Shown one piece after another: positions 50,332-60,733 of a DNA stretch of 64,000 nt. The stretch lies in NCBI GenBank assembly GCA_040220235.1, contig JAVJTO010000112.1; one strand, written 5' to 3'. Position 1 is the stretch's first letter; every line of letters begins with the position of its first letter. The position numbers were made by a program, and so were the translations under genes. Below the pieces are notes generated by a model. That model was not told the origin of the DNA. It saw only the letters and a list, made by a program, of their open reading frames with translations, and did no database searches. Source of the stretch: Coleofasciculus sp. B1-GNL1-01. GTDB lineage: Bacteria; Cyanobacteriota; Cyanobacteriia; Cyanobacteriales; Coleofasciculaceae.

Positions 50332-51504
50332 ATGCCATTACTATCGAGAGAAGAACTCAAAACCCTGGTTAAACAGCCAGAAGGATTGTGTGTTTCTATA
50401 TTTATGCCCACCCATACGGCGGGTCCAGAAATTCAACAAGACCCCATTCGCTTCAAGAATCTCCGGGGAAAAGCCGAAGCCCAGTTGGTTGAGAAGGGTA
50501 TGCGCCCATCCGATGCCCAAGAACTGCTCAACAGCGCTCAAGAGTTGGAACGCGATGAGTTTTGGCGTCATCAGAATCAGGGACTTGCCCTGTTCATTGC
50601 TCCCAATTTCTTTCGCTATTACCGTCTACCCCTTGATTTTGACGAGTTAGTCGTGGTTAGTGACCAATTTCACCTCAAGCCACTAATGCCACTGCTGACG
50701 GGTGATGGGTGTTTCTATATCTTGGCACTGAGTCAAAACCAAGTACGACTCTTAGTGGGAGGGCGCGATCGCATTCGGGAAATTCAGCCTGAGAATATTG
50801 AAAATCTGCCTGAAAGTCTGATGAGTGTACTACAGTATGAGGATTCGGAAAATCAGACTCAGTTGATGTCCTCTGAAACCTATTCTCCGGGTGGATTACC
50901 CGGTTCAGATCCGGGAACTATGCATGGACGAGGTGTGGATGAAGATCAAGAAAATCAGATCATCCGTTTTTTCAGCCAAGTGAATCAAGGGATACAAGAG
51001 TTTCTACCAGATGAGACAGTTCCGCTAGTGTTAGCGGGGGTAGACTATCTCCTGCCGATTTATAAACGAGTGAATTCCTACCCTCATCTTTTGGACGAAG
51101 GCATTACGGGTAATCCCGAACTCTCGAAGCCCGAAGAACTCCATACTCAAGCCTGGGCAATCGTGCAGCCGAAATTTCAACAGGCAGAGAAAGACGCAAT
51201 TGACCGCTTCAGAGAATTTTCTGGAAATAATCAGGAACAAGCCTCTGATGCCCTGAAAGAAGTAGTGCCGGCGGCTTATAATCAACGCATTGATTCGTTG
51301 TTTGTCGCCGTAGACCATCAGCAGTGGGGTAACTTTGACCCACAGAGCAACACGGTGCAGCTACATGAGCAACACCAGGCTGGTGACCAAGATTTATTGG
51401 ATTTAGCAGCCGTTTATACGGTTTTGAATGGTGGCACAGTTTTTGCTGTAGAATCCGAGCGTGTCCCCGCTCAATCACCGATCGCGGCAGTTTTCCGCTA
51501 TTAG
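50332..51504 (+). CDS. Bacterial archaeo-eukaryotic release-factor-like (baeRF) protein
   Basis: CVSIFMPTH, FHLKPL, PLVLAGV, TVLNGGTV, AAVFRY. Confidence 0.8.
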   Translation: MPLLSREELKTLVKQPEGLCVSIFMPTHTAGPEIQQDPIRFKNLRGKAEAQLVEKGMRPSDAQELLNSAQELERDEFWRHQNQGLALFIAPNFFRYYRLPLDFDELVVVSDQFHLKPLMPLLTGDGCFYILALSQNQVRLLVGGRDRIREIQPENIENLPESLMSVLQYEDSENQTQLMSSETYSPGGLPGSDPGTMHGRGVDEDQENQIIRFFSQVNQGIQEFLPDETVPLVLAGVDYLLPIYKRVNSYPHLLDEGITGNPELSKPEELHTQAWAIVQPKFQQAEKDAIDRFREFSGNNQEQASDALKEVVPAAYNQRIDSLFVAVDHQQWGNFDPQSNTVQLHEQHQAGDQDLLDLAAVYTVLNGGTVFAVESERVPAQSPIAAVFRY

Positions 51505-51682
51505 TTGCTCTATCGTTAGCGATCGTGATGAATCATCGGGCAACAATAAGTAAATTTGCTTGAAGGATTGATTGCAAGTACCCTATTGATGTTACGATTC
51601 CCATCAGTGCCGTGGGTCACACGGGAATCGCCAAGACGCCATGCGTCTGATTGTGTGTGAGGAAGTTCGATAAAGGGATGTT

Positions 51683-52813
51683 TTGTCCGTGATAGACGCA
51701 AAATTAACTTCTGGGCGGTCGTTTAATTTAACGGGTTCCAGCCTCTTGACGTTACTAGCCGTTGGTTTGAGTCTGGGGTCATTGATTCTAGATGGGTTGG
51801 GGGAACGCTCCCTGTTCGCCGGAGTTTCCATGACCTTACCCCTGTTGATTTGTGCTGTGGTGACGGCAGCACTGGGGTATTGGGTTGTCCCCTTTCTGCA
51901 AACCCTGAAAATGGGGCAGATTGTCCGGGAGGATGGACCCCAAACTCATTTACAAAAAGCTGGAACTCCTACCATGGGTGGGGTGTTTTTTGTACCTGTG
52001 GCAGTAATGGTTGCTCTAGTTTGGTCGGGATTGGCACTAGCAGGGCAAGAGTTTGTTAATGTCCTGGTTGTATCCGTTGTGACCCTGGCTTATGGGATGA
52101 TTGGCTGGTTGGATGATTGGCAAATTATCCGCCGCCGTTCTAATAAAGGCATTTCCCCTCGCCTGAAATTGGCACTACAGATCAGCGTGGGGTTGATGTT
52201 TTGTATCTGGCTGGCAGCAAGTCAACCGATTAGTATTACCGCGATCGCACTCCCGTTTGGTATCGTTTTACCCTTAGGATTACTGTTCTGGCCCCTGGCG
52301 CTGTTTGTGCTGGCGGCGGAAAGCAATGCCACGAATCTGACTGATGGGGTGGATGGATTGGCTGGGGGAACCTGTGCGATCGCGCTTTTGGCATTGGCAG
52401 CGATCGTTGCCCCAACGTCACCGGGTTTAATGGTGTTCTGTGCTTGTCTCAGTGGCAGTTGTCTGGGGTTTGTCGTGCATAATCGCCACCCCGCTGCTGT
52501 GTTTATGGGAGATACGGGTTCCCTGGCTTTAGGTGGCGCTCTCGCGGCAGTAGGATTATTGAGTCAGAATCTCTGGTGTTTATTTGTTCTCAGTGGCATT
52601 TTCTGTTGGGAATCAATCTCAGTGATTGCTCAAGTTGCTTATTACAAAGCCACCAAAGATGAGGCTGGGGTGGGCAAACGGCTGTTTAAAATGTCACCGT
52701 TTCATAACCATTTAGAATTAAGCGGTTGGTCAGAAACCCAAATTGTGGGGGCGTTTTATTTGACAGGCGGGCTGTTAGCGTTGATTGCTTTAGGATTACA
52801 GTCCGGTTTTTGA
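51683..52813 (+). CDS. mraY: Phospho-N-acetylmuramoyl-pentapeptide transferase (start approximate)
   Basis: KAGTPTMGG, GWLDD, NLTDGVDGL, VFMGDTGS, PFHNHLE. Confidence 0.96.
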   Translation: MSVIDAKLTSGRSFNLTGSSLLTLLAVGLSLGSLILDGLGERSLFAGVSMTLPLLICAVVTAALGYWVVPFLQTLKMGQIVREDGPQTHLQKAGTPTMGGVFFVPVAVMVALVWSGLALAGQEFVNVLVVSVVTLAYGMIGWLDDWQIIRRRSNKGISPRLKLALQISVGLMFCIWLAASQPISITAIALPFGIVLPLGLLFWPLALFVLAAESNATNLTDGVDGLAGGTCAIALLALAAIVAPTSPGLMVFCACLSGSCLGFVVHNRHPAAVFMGDTGSLALGGALAAVGLLSQNLWCLFVLSGIFCWESISVIAQVAYYKATKDEAGVGKRLFKMSPFHNHLELSGWSETQIVGAFYLTGGLLALIALGLQSGF

Positions 52814-52855
52814 GCGATCGCCCAGTCAGTCAACGAAAATGTTTTGATATTTATG

Positions 52856-52892
52856 AGCCAGGTAATCTTTACTGTGAAGATTGCTTGGCTTA
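52856..52892 (+). terminator. Hairpin downstream of mraY
   Basis: AGCCAGGTAATCTT/AAGATTGCTTGGCT stem. Confidence 0.55.
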
Positions 52893-53109
52893 TTCAATTA
52901 AGTGATTCATTACGTTGAGAACGTTCTGCATTTAATCAGGGCGGGTTTTGTGGTTCATTTATTTGTGAATAGCTAACTTCAGTTCCTAAACCCGCCCCTA
53001 CAATGGACTGATGACTTATCGCGATCGCTAACTTGAGTGACGCCAGCCAACACTATCGGGTCAAGTTTTGGCACAATCAAAAACAGATGAACTTACTCAT
53101 TCGGTGCCT

Positions 53110-53916
53110 ATGGCTTCCACTGTTCTGATTACTGGCGCGTCTCAAGGTAGCGGTAAAGCCACTGCCCATCTATTTGCCCAAAACGGCTATTCCGTGGTTC
53201 TCGCTGCCCGCCAACCTGAGCGATTAGAGGCGGTAGCCCAAGACATTCGCGCCCAGGGAGGCGACGCCTTGGCTATTTCCACTGATGTCACAAACCCCGA
53301 ACAGGTGCAAGAATTGGTGGATAAGGCACTGTCACACTATAGCCAAATTGATGTCCTGATCAATAATGCAGGGATCTGCTTGACTGGATCGGTGGAAAAG
53401 ACAGAGTTAAGTGATTGGCATCAGCTTATGGATACCAATTTCTTTGGCTATGTCTACACCATAGAGGCAGTATTACCCCATTTCCTAACCCGAAAAACTG
53501 GCTCAATTGTTAACGTCGGTTCTTTTGGTGGCAAAATGCCCTTACCTGAAATGACGGCGTATTGTGCTAGTAAGTATGCCGTTACAGGTTTGACTGAATC
53601 CCTACGCTTAGAATTAGAACCTAAAGGTATCTTTGTCAGCGCCGTTCATCCCGGCGTCATTAAAAGCAGCTTTATGGAACGGGCGATGTTTCGGGGTGAG
53701 GATGACTCTGAAGCCGAGTCTCGCCGTCAACAAATGAATCAGGTTTTACAATCGCCGCTGGTGAGTCAACCCGAGGACATTGCCCAAGGGATTTGGGACG
53801 CTCTCCAGGAGCAGCGTTCAGAGGTTGTGGTTGGACCGACAGTTATCGCCACCCAAACCTATCGATGGTTTCCCGATTTAATCACTTGGATGATGAAATT
53901 TGCTAACCGCCGTTAA
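53110..53916 (+). CDS. Short-chain dehydrogenase/reductase
   Basis: TGASQGSG, NNAG, YCASK. Confidence 0.93.
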   Translation: MASTVLITGASQGSGKATAHLFAQNGYSVVLAARQPERLEAVAQDIRAQGGDALAISTDVTNPEQVQELVDKALSHYSQIDVLINNAGICLTGSVEKTELSDWHQLMDTNFFGYVYTIEAVLPHFLTRKTGSIVNVGSFGGKMPLPEMTAYCASKYAVTGLTESLRLELEPKGIFVSAVHPGVIKSSFMERAMFRGEDDSEAESRRQQMNQVLQSPLVSQPEDIAQGIWDALQEQRSEVVVGPTVIATQTYRWFPDLITWMMKFANRR

Positions 53917-54328
53917 CTCCACAAGATTCTACTAGACACAAAATTCCTTTTTTCCGTACAACTGTAAGCAGGATTTATCCAGAAATCGGCTATTTAGAAG
54001 CTCCCTAGGAGACAAAAAATCGAGGATTGGTTCTCAAATAATCTTATATAATAGTCCGATATTTTGGTAAAAATCAAGTGCTTAACCACTGATTCCTGGG
54101 TTGTGCTTAAGACCAAGGTTTGCCAGCAAAGACAGGGAGCAGATACCTCAACAGACTAACAGACGGCAAACACAACTGATTCGTTACGGTTCGCCCCAAA
54201 CCTTTAGTCCATAGAGTTTCTTACATTAGACACAGCGCAAGAAATCAGCACGAAGTTCATGGTTGATGATTGGTAATTGGGATAGCGACTGGAACGAGCA
54301 ATCACCAGATCGAACCGTCCCATCTCAG

Positions 54329-54344
54329 GTTCGGGAACCCCCCC
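54329..54344 (+). promoter_or_regulatory. K-box-like element upstream of dnaK
   Basis: GTTCGG-GAAC-CCCCCC versus consensus GTTCGG-NNAN-CCNNAC (one mismatch). Confidence 0.6.
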
Positions 54345-54501
54345 TTCATGAGACAGGCTAACCGCGTTCAGTATAGAGATTGGTAGCCGAACCAATGATA
54401 TTGAAGCTCACATTGGCTGCTGATTGAACTAGATTTTGGTTCAACAGTCACGCTCCCCGACTTCACCAGTATTTGTAGTTAAGCGAACTTGGAACACTCT
54501 T

Positions 54502-56424
54502 ATGGCAAAAGTAGTTGGAATTGATTTAGGTACAACAAACTCCTGCGTAGCCGTTATGGAAGGGGGTAAACCCACCGTGATTGCTAACGCAGAAGGTGGA
54601 CGTACAACCCCTTCAGTTGTGGCGTATGCCAAAAATGGCGATCGCCTCGTGGGTCAAATCGCCAAACGTCAGGCGGTGATGAACCCGGAAAATACGTTCT
54701 ACTCGGTCAAACGCTTCATTGGGCGTAGACATAGCGAAGTGACCAATGAAGCTACCGAAGTCTCTTATAAAGTCCTCAAAGTTGGCGATAACGTTAAACT
54801 AGATTGTCCCTCTCAAGGCAAACAGTTTGCACCGGAAGAGATTTCGGCTCAAGTGCTACGGAAGCTCGTCGATGACGCCAGTAAGTACCTGGGCGAAACG
54901 GTGACTCAAGCCGTGATTACGGTTCCGGCGTACTTCAATGACTCCCAGCGTCAAGCCACAAAAGACGCGGGTAAGATTGCTGGCGTTGAGGTGTTGCGGA
55001 TTATTAACGAACCCACAGCGGCTTCTCTCGCCTACGGTTTAGACAAGAAGAGCAACGAAACAATTTTAGTCTTTGACCTGGGTGGTGGAACCTTTGACGT
55101 ATCCATCCTAGAAGTCGGTGATGGTGTCTTTGAAGTATTATCTACCTCTGGTGACACTCACTTAGGTGGTGACGACTTCGATAAGAAAATTGTTGATTAC
55201 CTCGCCGCTGAATTCCAGAAATCCGAAGGAATTGACTTACGCAAAGACAAGCAAGCCCTGCAACGGTTAACGGAAGCAGCGGAGAAAGCCAAGATTGAAC
55301 TCTCCAGCGTTACCCAAGCCGAAATTAACCTCCCCTTTATTACCGCTACCCAGGAAGGTCCCAAGCACCTGGATATGACCTTGACTCGGGCGAAGTTTGA
55401 AGAACTCTGTGCAGACTTAATTGATCGGTGCCGCATCCCGGTTGAGAATGCGGTACGTGATGCCAAAATTGACAAGAGTGCCATCAATGAGATTGTCTTA
55501 GTCGGGGGTTCTACCCGGATGCCGGCGGTACAAGAGGTGGTTAAGCGGGTATTGGGTAAAGATCCCAACCAAACGGTAAACCCGGATGAAGTGGTTGCAA
55601 TTGGTGCAGCAATTCAAGCGGGTGTCTTGGCGGGTGAAGTGAAAGACATTCTGCTCCTTGATGTTACCCCTCTATCCTTGGGTGTGGAAACCTTGGGCGG
55701 TGTGATGACCAAGATTATCCCCCGTAACACCACCATTCCTACCAAGAAGTCAGAAACCTTCTCCACGGCTGTGGATGGTCAAACTAACGTCGAAATCCAC
55801 GTTCTCCAAGGTGAACGGGAAATGTCTGGCGATAACAAGAGTCTGGGTACGTTCCGTCTGGATGGGATTCCCCCTGCACCACGCGGCGTTCCCCAAATTG
55901 AAGTTACCTTTGATATTGACGCCAATGGTATCCTGAACGTTACCGCCAAGGATAAAGGTACGGGTAAAGAGCAATCGATTAGCATTACAGGCGCATCTAC
56001 TCTACCCAGTGAAGACGTTGATCGCATGGTTCAGGAAGCTGAAGCCAATGCAGCGGCGGACAAAGAGCGGCGTGAGAAAATCGATCGCAAGAACCAAGCC
56101 GATTCGCTCACCTATCAAGCGGAGAAGCAGCTTAATGAATTGGGTGATAAAGTCCCAGCAGAAGACAAGACTAAGGTTGAAGGCTTGATCAAAGATCTGC
56201 GAGATGCCGTGTCTCAAGAAGACGATGAGAAGATCAAGACGCTGACCACAGAATTGCAACAAGCACTCTACAGCATCAGTGCTAACTTGTATCAACAAGC
56301 GGGTGGTCCAGAACCCGGTGCGGCTCCTGGTGGTGCAGGTGGTCCAGAACCCGGTGCGGCTCCCGGTGGTGAATCCGGTGGTGGTGATGATGTCATCGAC
56401 GCTGAATTCTCGGAAACGAAATAG
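54502..56424 (+). CDS. dnaK: Molecular chaperone DnaK (DnaK2 type)
   Basis: [25 protein letters not shown]-terminal DDVIDAEFS. Confidence 0.98.
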   Translation: MAKVVGIDLGTTNSCVAVMEGGKPTVIANAEGGRTTPSVVAYAKNGDRLVGQIAKRQAVMNPENTFYSVKRFIGRRHSEVTNEATEVSYKVLKVGDNVKLDCPSQGKQFAPEEISAQVLRKLVDDASKYLGETVTQAVITVPAYFNDSQRQATKDAGKIAGVEVLRIINEPTAASLAYGLDKKSNETILVFDLGGGTFDVSILEVGDGVFEVLSTSGDTHLGGDDFDKKIVDYLAAEFQKSEGIDLRKDKQALQRLTEAAEKAKIELSSVTQAEINLPFITATQEGPKHLDMTLTRAKFEELCADLIDRCRIPVENAVRDAKIDKSAINEIVLVGGSTRMPAVQEVVKRVLGKDPNQTVNPDEVVAIGAAIQAGVLAGEVKDILLLDVTPLSLGVETLGGVMTKIIPRNTTIPTKKSETFSTAVDGQTNVEIHVLQGEREMSGDNKSLGTFRLDGIPPAPRGVPQIEVTFDIDANGILNVTAKDKGTGKEQSISITGASTLPSEDVDRMVQEAEANAAADKERREKIDRKNQADSLTYQAEKQLNELGDKVPAEDKTKVEGLIKDLRDAVSQEDDEKIKTLTTELQQALYSISANLYQQAGGPEPGAAPGGAGGPEPGAAPGGESGGGDDVIDAEFSETK

Positions 56425-56474
56425 CAGGTTAGGATTAGGGGTTAGCCAGAGGCTAGCCTCTGTTTCTAATCATC

Positions 56475-56516
56475 AAAAGCGACGCTCCTTGTTCAAAAGG
56501 CGTCGCTTTATTTTTG
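56475..56516 (+). terminator. Intrinsic terminator of dnaK
   Basis: AAAGCGACGC...GCGTCGCTTT followed by ATTTTT. Confidence 0.75.
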
Positions 56517-56522
56517 AGGATT

Positions 56523-56633
56523 TATAGCAACCGCCATAGCGGTTAGGACACATCATTTATGTTATGTAGAGACGCGCCATGGCGCGTCTCTACAATGGTG
56601 CCGAAAGTCCTAATCGATGTGTCTACTGCTATA
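56523..56633. mobile_element. TA-flanked MITE carrying a REP
   Basis: TATAGCA..GGTTAGGAC / GTCCTAATCG..TGCTATA around GTAGAGACGCGCCATGGCGCGTCTCTAC. Confidence 0.7.
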
Positions 56634-56728
56634 TGTAGGGCTTGCTGCATAAGCGTGTAAGGTAGACCAGATAAGGGTTTCCAGCCCTTCACTTGTTGCG
56701 TCCTATTTAGGATTGCTATAGTTACTTT

Positions 56729-56921
56729 ACGCGATCGCTCTTTCCACTAACACTGGCTGAGGAGCTTGTTGCCACAAAGGTTCTAGGGTTTGGCTCAACA
56801 ACGCGATCGCTCTTTCCACTAGCACTCACCTAGGAGCTTATTACCACAAAGGTTCTGTCGTCCTCTTTTAGCGCGAAAGTCTGGCACTTGGGTTAAGGCT
56901 TCGGTGGAGATTGACCTTCAT
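56729..56921 (-). pseudogene. Decayed 5' remnant of an ISAs1-like transposase with a 72-bp-period duplication
   Basis: With frameshifts the minus strand reads MKVNL/TEALTQVPDFRAKRGR/PLW; a 56-bp segment is repeated at 56729 and 56801. Confidence 0.5.
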
Positions 56922-57184
56922 AGCAAGCAAATGACTCGATTAAACATGGTTGCAAGATTTAGTGTACGCGCTTATCCTGGTCGCCCTAATTTTCTCTCAT
57001 CACTGCGGAATTAGCCCTGCCCTTCAAAAGGGGGAAGCCAAAGGATGCTTCGCTTTTTTTGCACGGGGAAGCCAGAGGAGGCTTCGCTTTTTGTTCCATG
57101 GGGGAGACCAAAGAATGCTTCATGAAGAGGGAGAATTCAAAGCCTCTCCAATATAAAAAAATATATTCCGCTTCCCTCTCCTTG

Positions 57185-57279
57185 TACAGCGTTTTCAGAC
57201 TCGATGTGATACACCCAAACAAGAGCAGAACAGAGTTGTCCTAGAGTGACTGTACTACACCGTGTTAGAAAGTGCTGTA
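57185..57279. mobile_element. TA-flanked MITE nested in another dispersed repeat
   Basis: TACAGCGTTTTC...GAAAGTGCTGTA; the uninterrupted host repeat is at 40681-40727. Confidence 0.65.
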
Positions 57280-57480
57280 GGAGAAGGCTAGGGAGAGGTT
57301 CAGAGAGAGGTTTTCCAGATCCCGTGAAAAGTAAGCTCAACATGGGGGTAGTTAACCCGGATTTAGTCTGAGCCATAGGCAGGGAAATTTTTTATTCGGC
57401 ACAGATTGCCGTTTTTTCCAAATCAACGTTATAATCTGATTTGTGTCAGTGTGTTTCCTTTGAAACGCTGTTACACACAG

Positions 57481-57553
57481 GGGCGCGTAGCTCAGTGGAT
57501 AGAGCACCAGATTCCGGTTCTGGGTGTCGGGGGTTCAAATCCCTCCGTGCTCG
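57481..57553 (+). tRNA. trnR: tRNA-Arg (anticodon CCG)
   Basis: GGGCGCG/CGTGCTC acceptor stem, CCAGA-TTCCGGT-TCTGG anticodon arm, GGTTCAAATCC T arm. Confidence 0.96.
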
Positions 57554-57670
57554 TTAAACAAGAAACTCCAGTATTCTTATTCGACTAGGGTTTCAGCCAA
57601 TAACTAATTAACTGTCACATTACCGTATGTGCCAGTTTTTTGGTGTTCCTGCTGTTTTTTTGACTATGAA

Positions 57671-57760
57671 TTGACTGTGCTATGAGAGCATCAGATTAGC
57701 AAACTTACCCGATAAAGGAAGAATCCTCGTCCATCGCAGAGCTTAAGGCAGGGAGGTCAA
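57671..57760 (+). mobile_element. Possible minimal IS200/IS605-family derivative (PATE-like)
   Basis: Starts at TTGAC and ends GAAGAATCCTCGTCC...GGCAGGGAGGTCAA, resembling an IS605 right end. Confidence 0.4.
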
Positions 57761-57787
57761 ATAAGATTTGAGAGTGCTGGTGTTTTA

Positions 57788-58387
57788 TCAAAAACCTAGA
57801 AATTCATCGATGAGGTTGTTTCGCTCATCTTCAGATAACTGATAGAATACCTTTTTAGTCAACTCTGGAGAGGCATTTTGGGAAAACCAGTCCCCATCAG
57901 GATTATCTTGTATTACCAAAAAATATTGTAATCGTTTCTCTATAGCCTCTTTGTCTGATTTATCTAACTGTCCTATGCGCTTCAACCAATGATGGTTAGA
58001 ATCTTTAAAACAGTTACCATCAACAGTGTATATTTGATGTATTAAAGCATAATATTCAGTATCAAGCTCATTCCTTTGAGTTGGGTTAATCGGGTAAACC
58101 GTTGGTAAACCCTTGTATATCTCTTGTGAACTCAATGGAATAATGGCAAATGTCTGTATGTCATTCGAGTTATTTCTAAATTGCTCACTTGTCCAAACAA
58201 GGTGAGGATGACTGCCTCTCAAAATTCGACTAGCATTAAGCTTTTCTGTACAATATTCATGATTACACTCGATCTGACTGGGTTCTTTTAAATCATAAAT
58301 ATGAACATGACCCTGCTTACAGCGCAAAGAAACACGAGAAGGATTAATCAAGTAGATCCATCCTTGCCGAGGTTTTTGTCCAGCCAT
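57788..58387 (-). CDS. PemK/MazF-like toxin with Cys/His-rich insertion
   Basis: PRQGWIYLI, HPHLV, IIPLSS, ALIHQIYTVD, RIGQL. Confidence 0.8.
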   Translation of the reverse strand: MAGQKPRQGWIYLINPSRVSLRCKQGHVHIYDLKEPSQIECNHEYCTEKLNASRILRGSHPHLVWTSEQFRNNSNDIQTFAIIPLSSQEIYKGLPTVYPINPTQRNELDTEYYALIHQIYTVDGNCFKDSNHHWLKRIGQLDKSDKEAIEKRLQYFLVIQDNPDGDWFSQNASPELTKKVFYQLSEDERNNLIDEFLGF

Positions 58388-58388
58388 T

Positions 58389-58880
58389 TTACAATCCTAA
58401 CTCACGCACCAATTTTTCTCGTTCGGCGTTTAAATTGAGCTTAACTTTTTCTTCGGCTTTATGGATTTGCCTCATTTCCAGCATTGGAGCCGTATTCTGT
58501 ACATAATCTAATAACTGTTCAAATTTTGCTGCACTAGCCCACTCTCTTCTAATGTTATCAAGCATTAGTTTTAGACCCAAAGGTAAATTTATATCAGTTG
58601 TGATCTCTGCTTCTATACCTAGTCTAATAAAGGTGATCCTGCCTTCAGCTTTCTGGGCAATCTCTTTCCCGTCCATTTGACTGAGAGCTGCGTCTATATC
58701 TTCATGCCAGGGACTATGGTGGTAGTAACACCAGTTTAATTGAGTAAGCTGCTTTCCTGTCCATTTAACCGTATAAAGATCAGCCAAATATAAAAAATTA
58801 ACGAGCTGTGTTTTTGTGATATGCCCTTTTGTCTTATAGACAAAATATTTGATGAGTTGCTCCAACATCATTCCTTTCAA
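58389..58880 (-). CDS. Panacea (SocA/DUF4065)-domain antitoxin
   Basis: ITKTQLVNFLYLADL...TGKQLT...WCYYHHSPW; 1 bp upstream of the toxin gene. Confidence 0.75.
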   Translation of the reverse strand: MKGMMLEQLIKYFVYKTKGHITKTQLVNFLYLADLYTVKWTGKQLTQLNWCYYHHSPWHEDIDAALSQMDGKEIAQKAEGRITFIRLGIEAEITTDINLPLGLKLMLDNIRREWASAAKFEQLLDYVQNTAPMLEMRQIHKAEEKVKLNLNAEREKLVRELGL

Positions 58881-58993
58881 TGCTGATGCCTAGATCGTCG
58901 GTCAAGTATTATGAGAAACCGGGTTTCTCGTGAAGATGACAGAAATATCAAGTTTCACCCAAAGAAACCCGGTTTCTTGACCGAGGCATCCAA

Positions 58994-59770
58994 TTACATA
59001 CCCATGATTTCATATCCAGCATCGACATATAAAACCTGACCCGTGATCCCACTGGCGAGATCACTCGATAAGAAGGTGGCGGTATTGCCGACTTCTAGCT
59101 GGGTAACGGTTCGCCGTAGGGGTGCTACCTGTTCCACATGATGAATCATATCCAAGATGCCGCCCACGGCTGAAGAGGCTAGGGTGCGGATTGGACCTGC
59201 GGAAATCGCATTGACCCGAATATTACTCGGTCCCAATTCGGCGGCGAGGTAACGGACGCTCATCTCCAATCCTGACTTGGCAATCCCCATGACATTGTAA
59301 TTGGGGATCACTTTCACGCCGCCAAGATAGGTCATGGTGACAATACTTCCTCCCTCCTTCATTAAGGGTTTAGCAGCAGCGGCTAATCGCGTGAGGGAAT
59401 AGGTACTAATTTCTAAGGCTGTGGTAAACCCTTGGCGCGAGGTTTGGCTAAATTCTCCCGATAAGTCCTCTTTGTTGGCAAAGGCAAGACAATGGATGAG
59501 AATATCCAGTTTGCCCCACTGCTTCTCAATCGCCTCAAAGGTGGCGTCGATTTGAGCATCATCCTGGACGTTACAGGGTAAGAATACACTGGGTTGTAGG
59601 GGTTCTACCAAGTCTCTGACTTTCTTCTCGAAGCGTCCCTTCTCATCGGGTAAATAGGTGACTCCCAACTCAGCACCCGCTTGGTGCAACTGTTGGGCAA
59701 TGCCCCAGGCGATTGATCGATTGTTGGCAATCCCAGTCACTAGGGCATTCTTTCCAGTCAAATTCAGCAT
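58994..59770 (-). CDS. fabI: Enoyl-ACP reductase
   Basis: GIANNRSIAWGIA, YNVMGIAK, ISAGPIRTLA. Confidence 0.97.
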   Translation of the reverse strand: MLNLTGKNALVTGIANNRSIAWGIAQQLHQAGAELGVTYLPDEKGRFEKKVRDLVEPLQPSVFLPCNVQDDAQIDATFEAIEKQWGKLDILIHCLAFANKEDLSGEFSQTSRQGFTTALEISTYSLTRLAAAAKPLMKEGGSIVTMTYLGGVKVIPNYNVMGIAKSGLEMSVRYLAAELGPSNIRVNAISAGPIRTLASSAVGGILDMIHHVEQVAPLRRTVTQLEVGNTATFLSSDLASGITGQVLYVDAGYEIMGM

Positions 59771-59909
59771 AGGTATCTTAATTCTTCAAGACAATAAAAC
59801 AATTCGTTAAAGAATAACCGTGTTTGGGCGATGTTCGTTGTATGATAACGCCAAACCGTTAGCTATCAACTCAATTCATCAGGTGTCCGTTGACATCTCA
59901 CCTCATTAT

Positions 59910-59923
59910 GTAACAATTGGTAC
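59910..59923 (+). promoter_or_regulatory. NtcA-binding site (autoregulatory)
   Basis: GTA-ACAATTGG-TAC (GTA-N8-TAC) upstream of ntcA. Confidence 0.75.
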
Positions 59924-60061
59924 AAAAAACCTATTGGGACTCAGATTAAGTATTCTTGAATACAATATAGGGATCGTTCATTGAGCCGATTTTGGAGTCT
60001 CAAGCTTCATCGGCAATCACTTACAGGAAGTCAGTAAGGCTTTGGCGCAAGGGTAATAGGT

Positions 60062-60733
60062 ATGGTCGTAATGCAAGATAGACCGTTAGCAGCTGTGTTC
60101 CGTCAAATCGGCGGAAGCTCATTTCCTCCCGTTATTGAAACCTTTGAACGGGGCAAAACTATTTTTTTCCCAGGAGATCCTGCCGAACGGGTCTACTTTC
60201 TCATGAAAGGCGCTGTGAAGCTTTCCCGGGTATATGAGGCGGGTGAAGAAATTACAGTTGCCTTGTTGCGGGAAAATAGTGTCTTTGGGGTATTGTCATT
60301 GATTACAGGTCACCGCTCTGATCGGTTTTACCATGCGGTGGCGTTTACCCCGGTTGAACTGCTTTCAGCTCCGATTGACCAGGTAGAGCAAGCGCTCAAG
60401 GACAACCCAGAGCTATCCATGTTGATGCTCCAGGGACTGTCCTCGCGGATTTTACAGACGGAAATGATGATCGAGACATTAGCTCACCGGGATATGGGAT
60501 CTCGCTTGGTCAGTTTTTTATTGATTCTCTGCCGTGACTTCGGTGTCCCTGGTAAGGATGGGATTACCATTGACTTGAAGCTGTCCCATCAAGCGATCGC
60601 GGAAGCGATTGGCTCTACACGAGTAACCGTCACTCGTCTACTGGGGGATCTGCGAACGGATCAAATGATTTCTATTCAAAAGAAAAAAATCACGGTTCAC
60701 AACCCTGTCGTGCTGAGTCAGCAGTTCACGTAG
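60062..60733 (+). CDS. ntcA: Global nitrogen regulator NtcA
   Basis: [43 protein letters not shown]; divergent from fabI. Confidence 0.98.
   Translation: MVVMQDRPLAAVFRQIGGSSFPPVIETFERGKTIFFPGDPAERVYFLMKGAVKLSRVYEAGEEITVALLRENSVFGVLSLITGHRSDRFYHAVAFTPVELLSAPIDQVEQALKDNPELSMLMLQGLSSRILQTEMMIETLAHRDMGSRLVSFLLILCRDFGVPGKDGITIDLKLSHQAIAEAIGSTRVTVTRLLGDLRTDQMISIQKKKITVHNPVVLSQQFT

Noticed and set aside
56300..56372. Duplicated [11 protein letters not shown] in the DnaK tail
   Set aside because: Low-complexity Gly-rich DnaK tails commonly vary; not notable
56729..56856. 72-bp-period repeat containing CTTTCCACTA, reminiscent of a CRISPR repeat
   Set aside because: Only two copies, 56 bp shared with 16 bp unique, and no cas genes; better explained as a duplication in a transposase remnant
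57031..57121. Three ~35-bp hairpin repeats as a mini-CRISPR
   Set aside because: Units are essentially contiguous with no spacers
56950..57588. Several short ORFs upstream of and across tRNA-Arg
   Set aside because: They overlap repeats, a MITE and the tRNA; no coding signature
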